Below are positions 33,341 through 33,695 of a stretch of DNA of 33,695 bases, in pieces. The stretch covers positions 1-33,695 of the forward strand of contig JAJZHR010000001.1 of NCBI GenBank assembly GCA_021810815.1, written 5' to 3'. Within the stretch, counting starts at the first letter, position 1. Each line of letters starts with the position of its first letter. This DNA comes from Acidobacteriota bacterium (GTDB lineage Bacteria > Acidobacteriota > Terriglobia > Terriglobales > Acidobacteriaceae). A program made the position numbers and the translations under genes. Below the pieces are notes generated by a model. That model did not search any database, was not told the DNA's origin, and worked only from the letters and a program-made list of their open reading frames with translations.

Positions 33341-33695
33341 AGTTCGCGCTCACTGAACAGGATGCGAAGATGATGCGCGACATGGGCCTCCGTGTCAGGA
33401 GGCTTCGTCGAGAGCGGGGGATGTCGATCACGGAGCTGGCTGATGCTTCCCGCGTGAGCAGATTCAACCTCTACCATGTGGAACGTGGGAGCAGCAATTG
33501 CGGTGTTGTGATCGCAGCGAGGCTGGCAACCGGCCTTGGCGTGGGGATGGAGCTGCTCTTCGATGGAGAAACAAGCGAATTTGAATGTGCAAGGAAATCA
33601 ACACGGCGAAAAAAATCGCCGGGTGTTGTGGCGCGCAGGGCGGCTCGGGAATCTGAGAGCGGCAATCGCATCAATGCCCTGCTGGCATTGGCTGA
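33337..33695 (+). CDS. XRE/Cro-CI-family HTH transcriptional regulator (3' end runs off the window and continues at 5..161 if circular)
   Basis: Not in the supplied track because it has no stop in the window. LRRERGMSITELADASRVSRFNLYHVERGSSNCGVVIAARLATGLGVGMELLF is a classic HTH_XRE pattern. Confidence 0.75.
   Translation, partial: MKFALTEQDAKMMRDMGLRVRRLRRERGMSITELADASRVSRFNLYHVERGSSNCGVVIAARLATGLGVGMELLFDGETSEFECARKSTRRKKSPGVVARRAARESESGNRINALLALA
33570..33695 (+). repeat. Terminal direct repeat, right copy (126 bp)
   Basis: Identical to 5..130 and ends exactly at the window end. Confidence 0.95.

Larger units (their letters stand above)
1..33695. mobile_element. Complete temperate siphovirus-like phage genome (HK97/GTA-like morphogenesis module), apparently circularly closed with a unit length of about 33,565 bp
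   Basis: Full set of packaging, head, tail, lysis, integration and replication genes is present. An intact attP-like site lies beside the integrase with phage DNA on both sides. The window ends carry a 126-bp exact repeat. Confidence 0.8.

Overview
The window looks like one complete temperate tailed-phage genome of the HK97/GTA-like siphovirus type, about 62% GC. A 126-bp exact repeat at both ends (5..130 = 33570..33695) suggests a circularly closed or terminally redundant assembly with a unit length near 33,565 bp. Every convincing gene is on the + strand except the tyrosine integrase.

Gene order:
- XRE-type HTH gene, wrapping around the window ends
- Lysis region with a SleB-type endolysin
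- HNH endonuclease, candidate cos gap, TerS (P27 family) and TerL
- HK97 portal, ClpP-like prohead protease and HK97 major capsid protein
- Head-tail connector genes, major tail protein and two tail assembly chaperone ORFs
- A two-gene membrane-protein insertion followed by an intrinsic terminator
- Tape measure protein
- A 1218-aa fibre protein with a signal-peptide-like N-terminus
- Distal tail, hub, papain-fold protein and a J-like host-specificity protein
- Integrase (- strand), an RHH regulator, and attP carrying the 3' part of tRNA-Arg(TCT)
- Early region: a long ParB-like protein, small Cys-motif proteins, and a winged-helix replication initiator with an internal iteron origin

Most interesting item: a membrane-anchored HIRAN-domain protein with a periplasm-facing partner sits between the tail chaperones and the tape measure gene (13015..14356). 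I read it as a candidate undescribed exclusion or defence moron.

Other notable items:
- An 11-Cys/Asp-rich insert in the prohead protease
- A low-GC mosaic block and hexapeptide repeats in the fibre
- A G9 tract splitting a small gene
- A 23-codon Lys-rich coupled mini-ORF

All family assignments come from motif recognition by eye. No database search was run.
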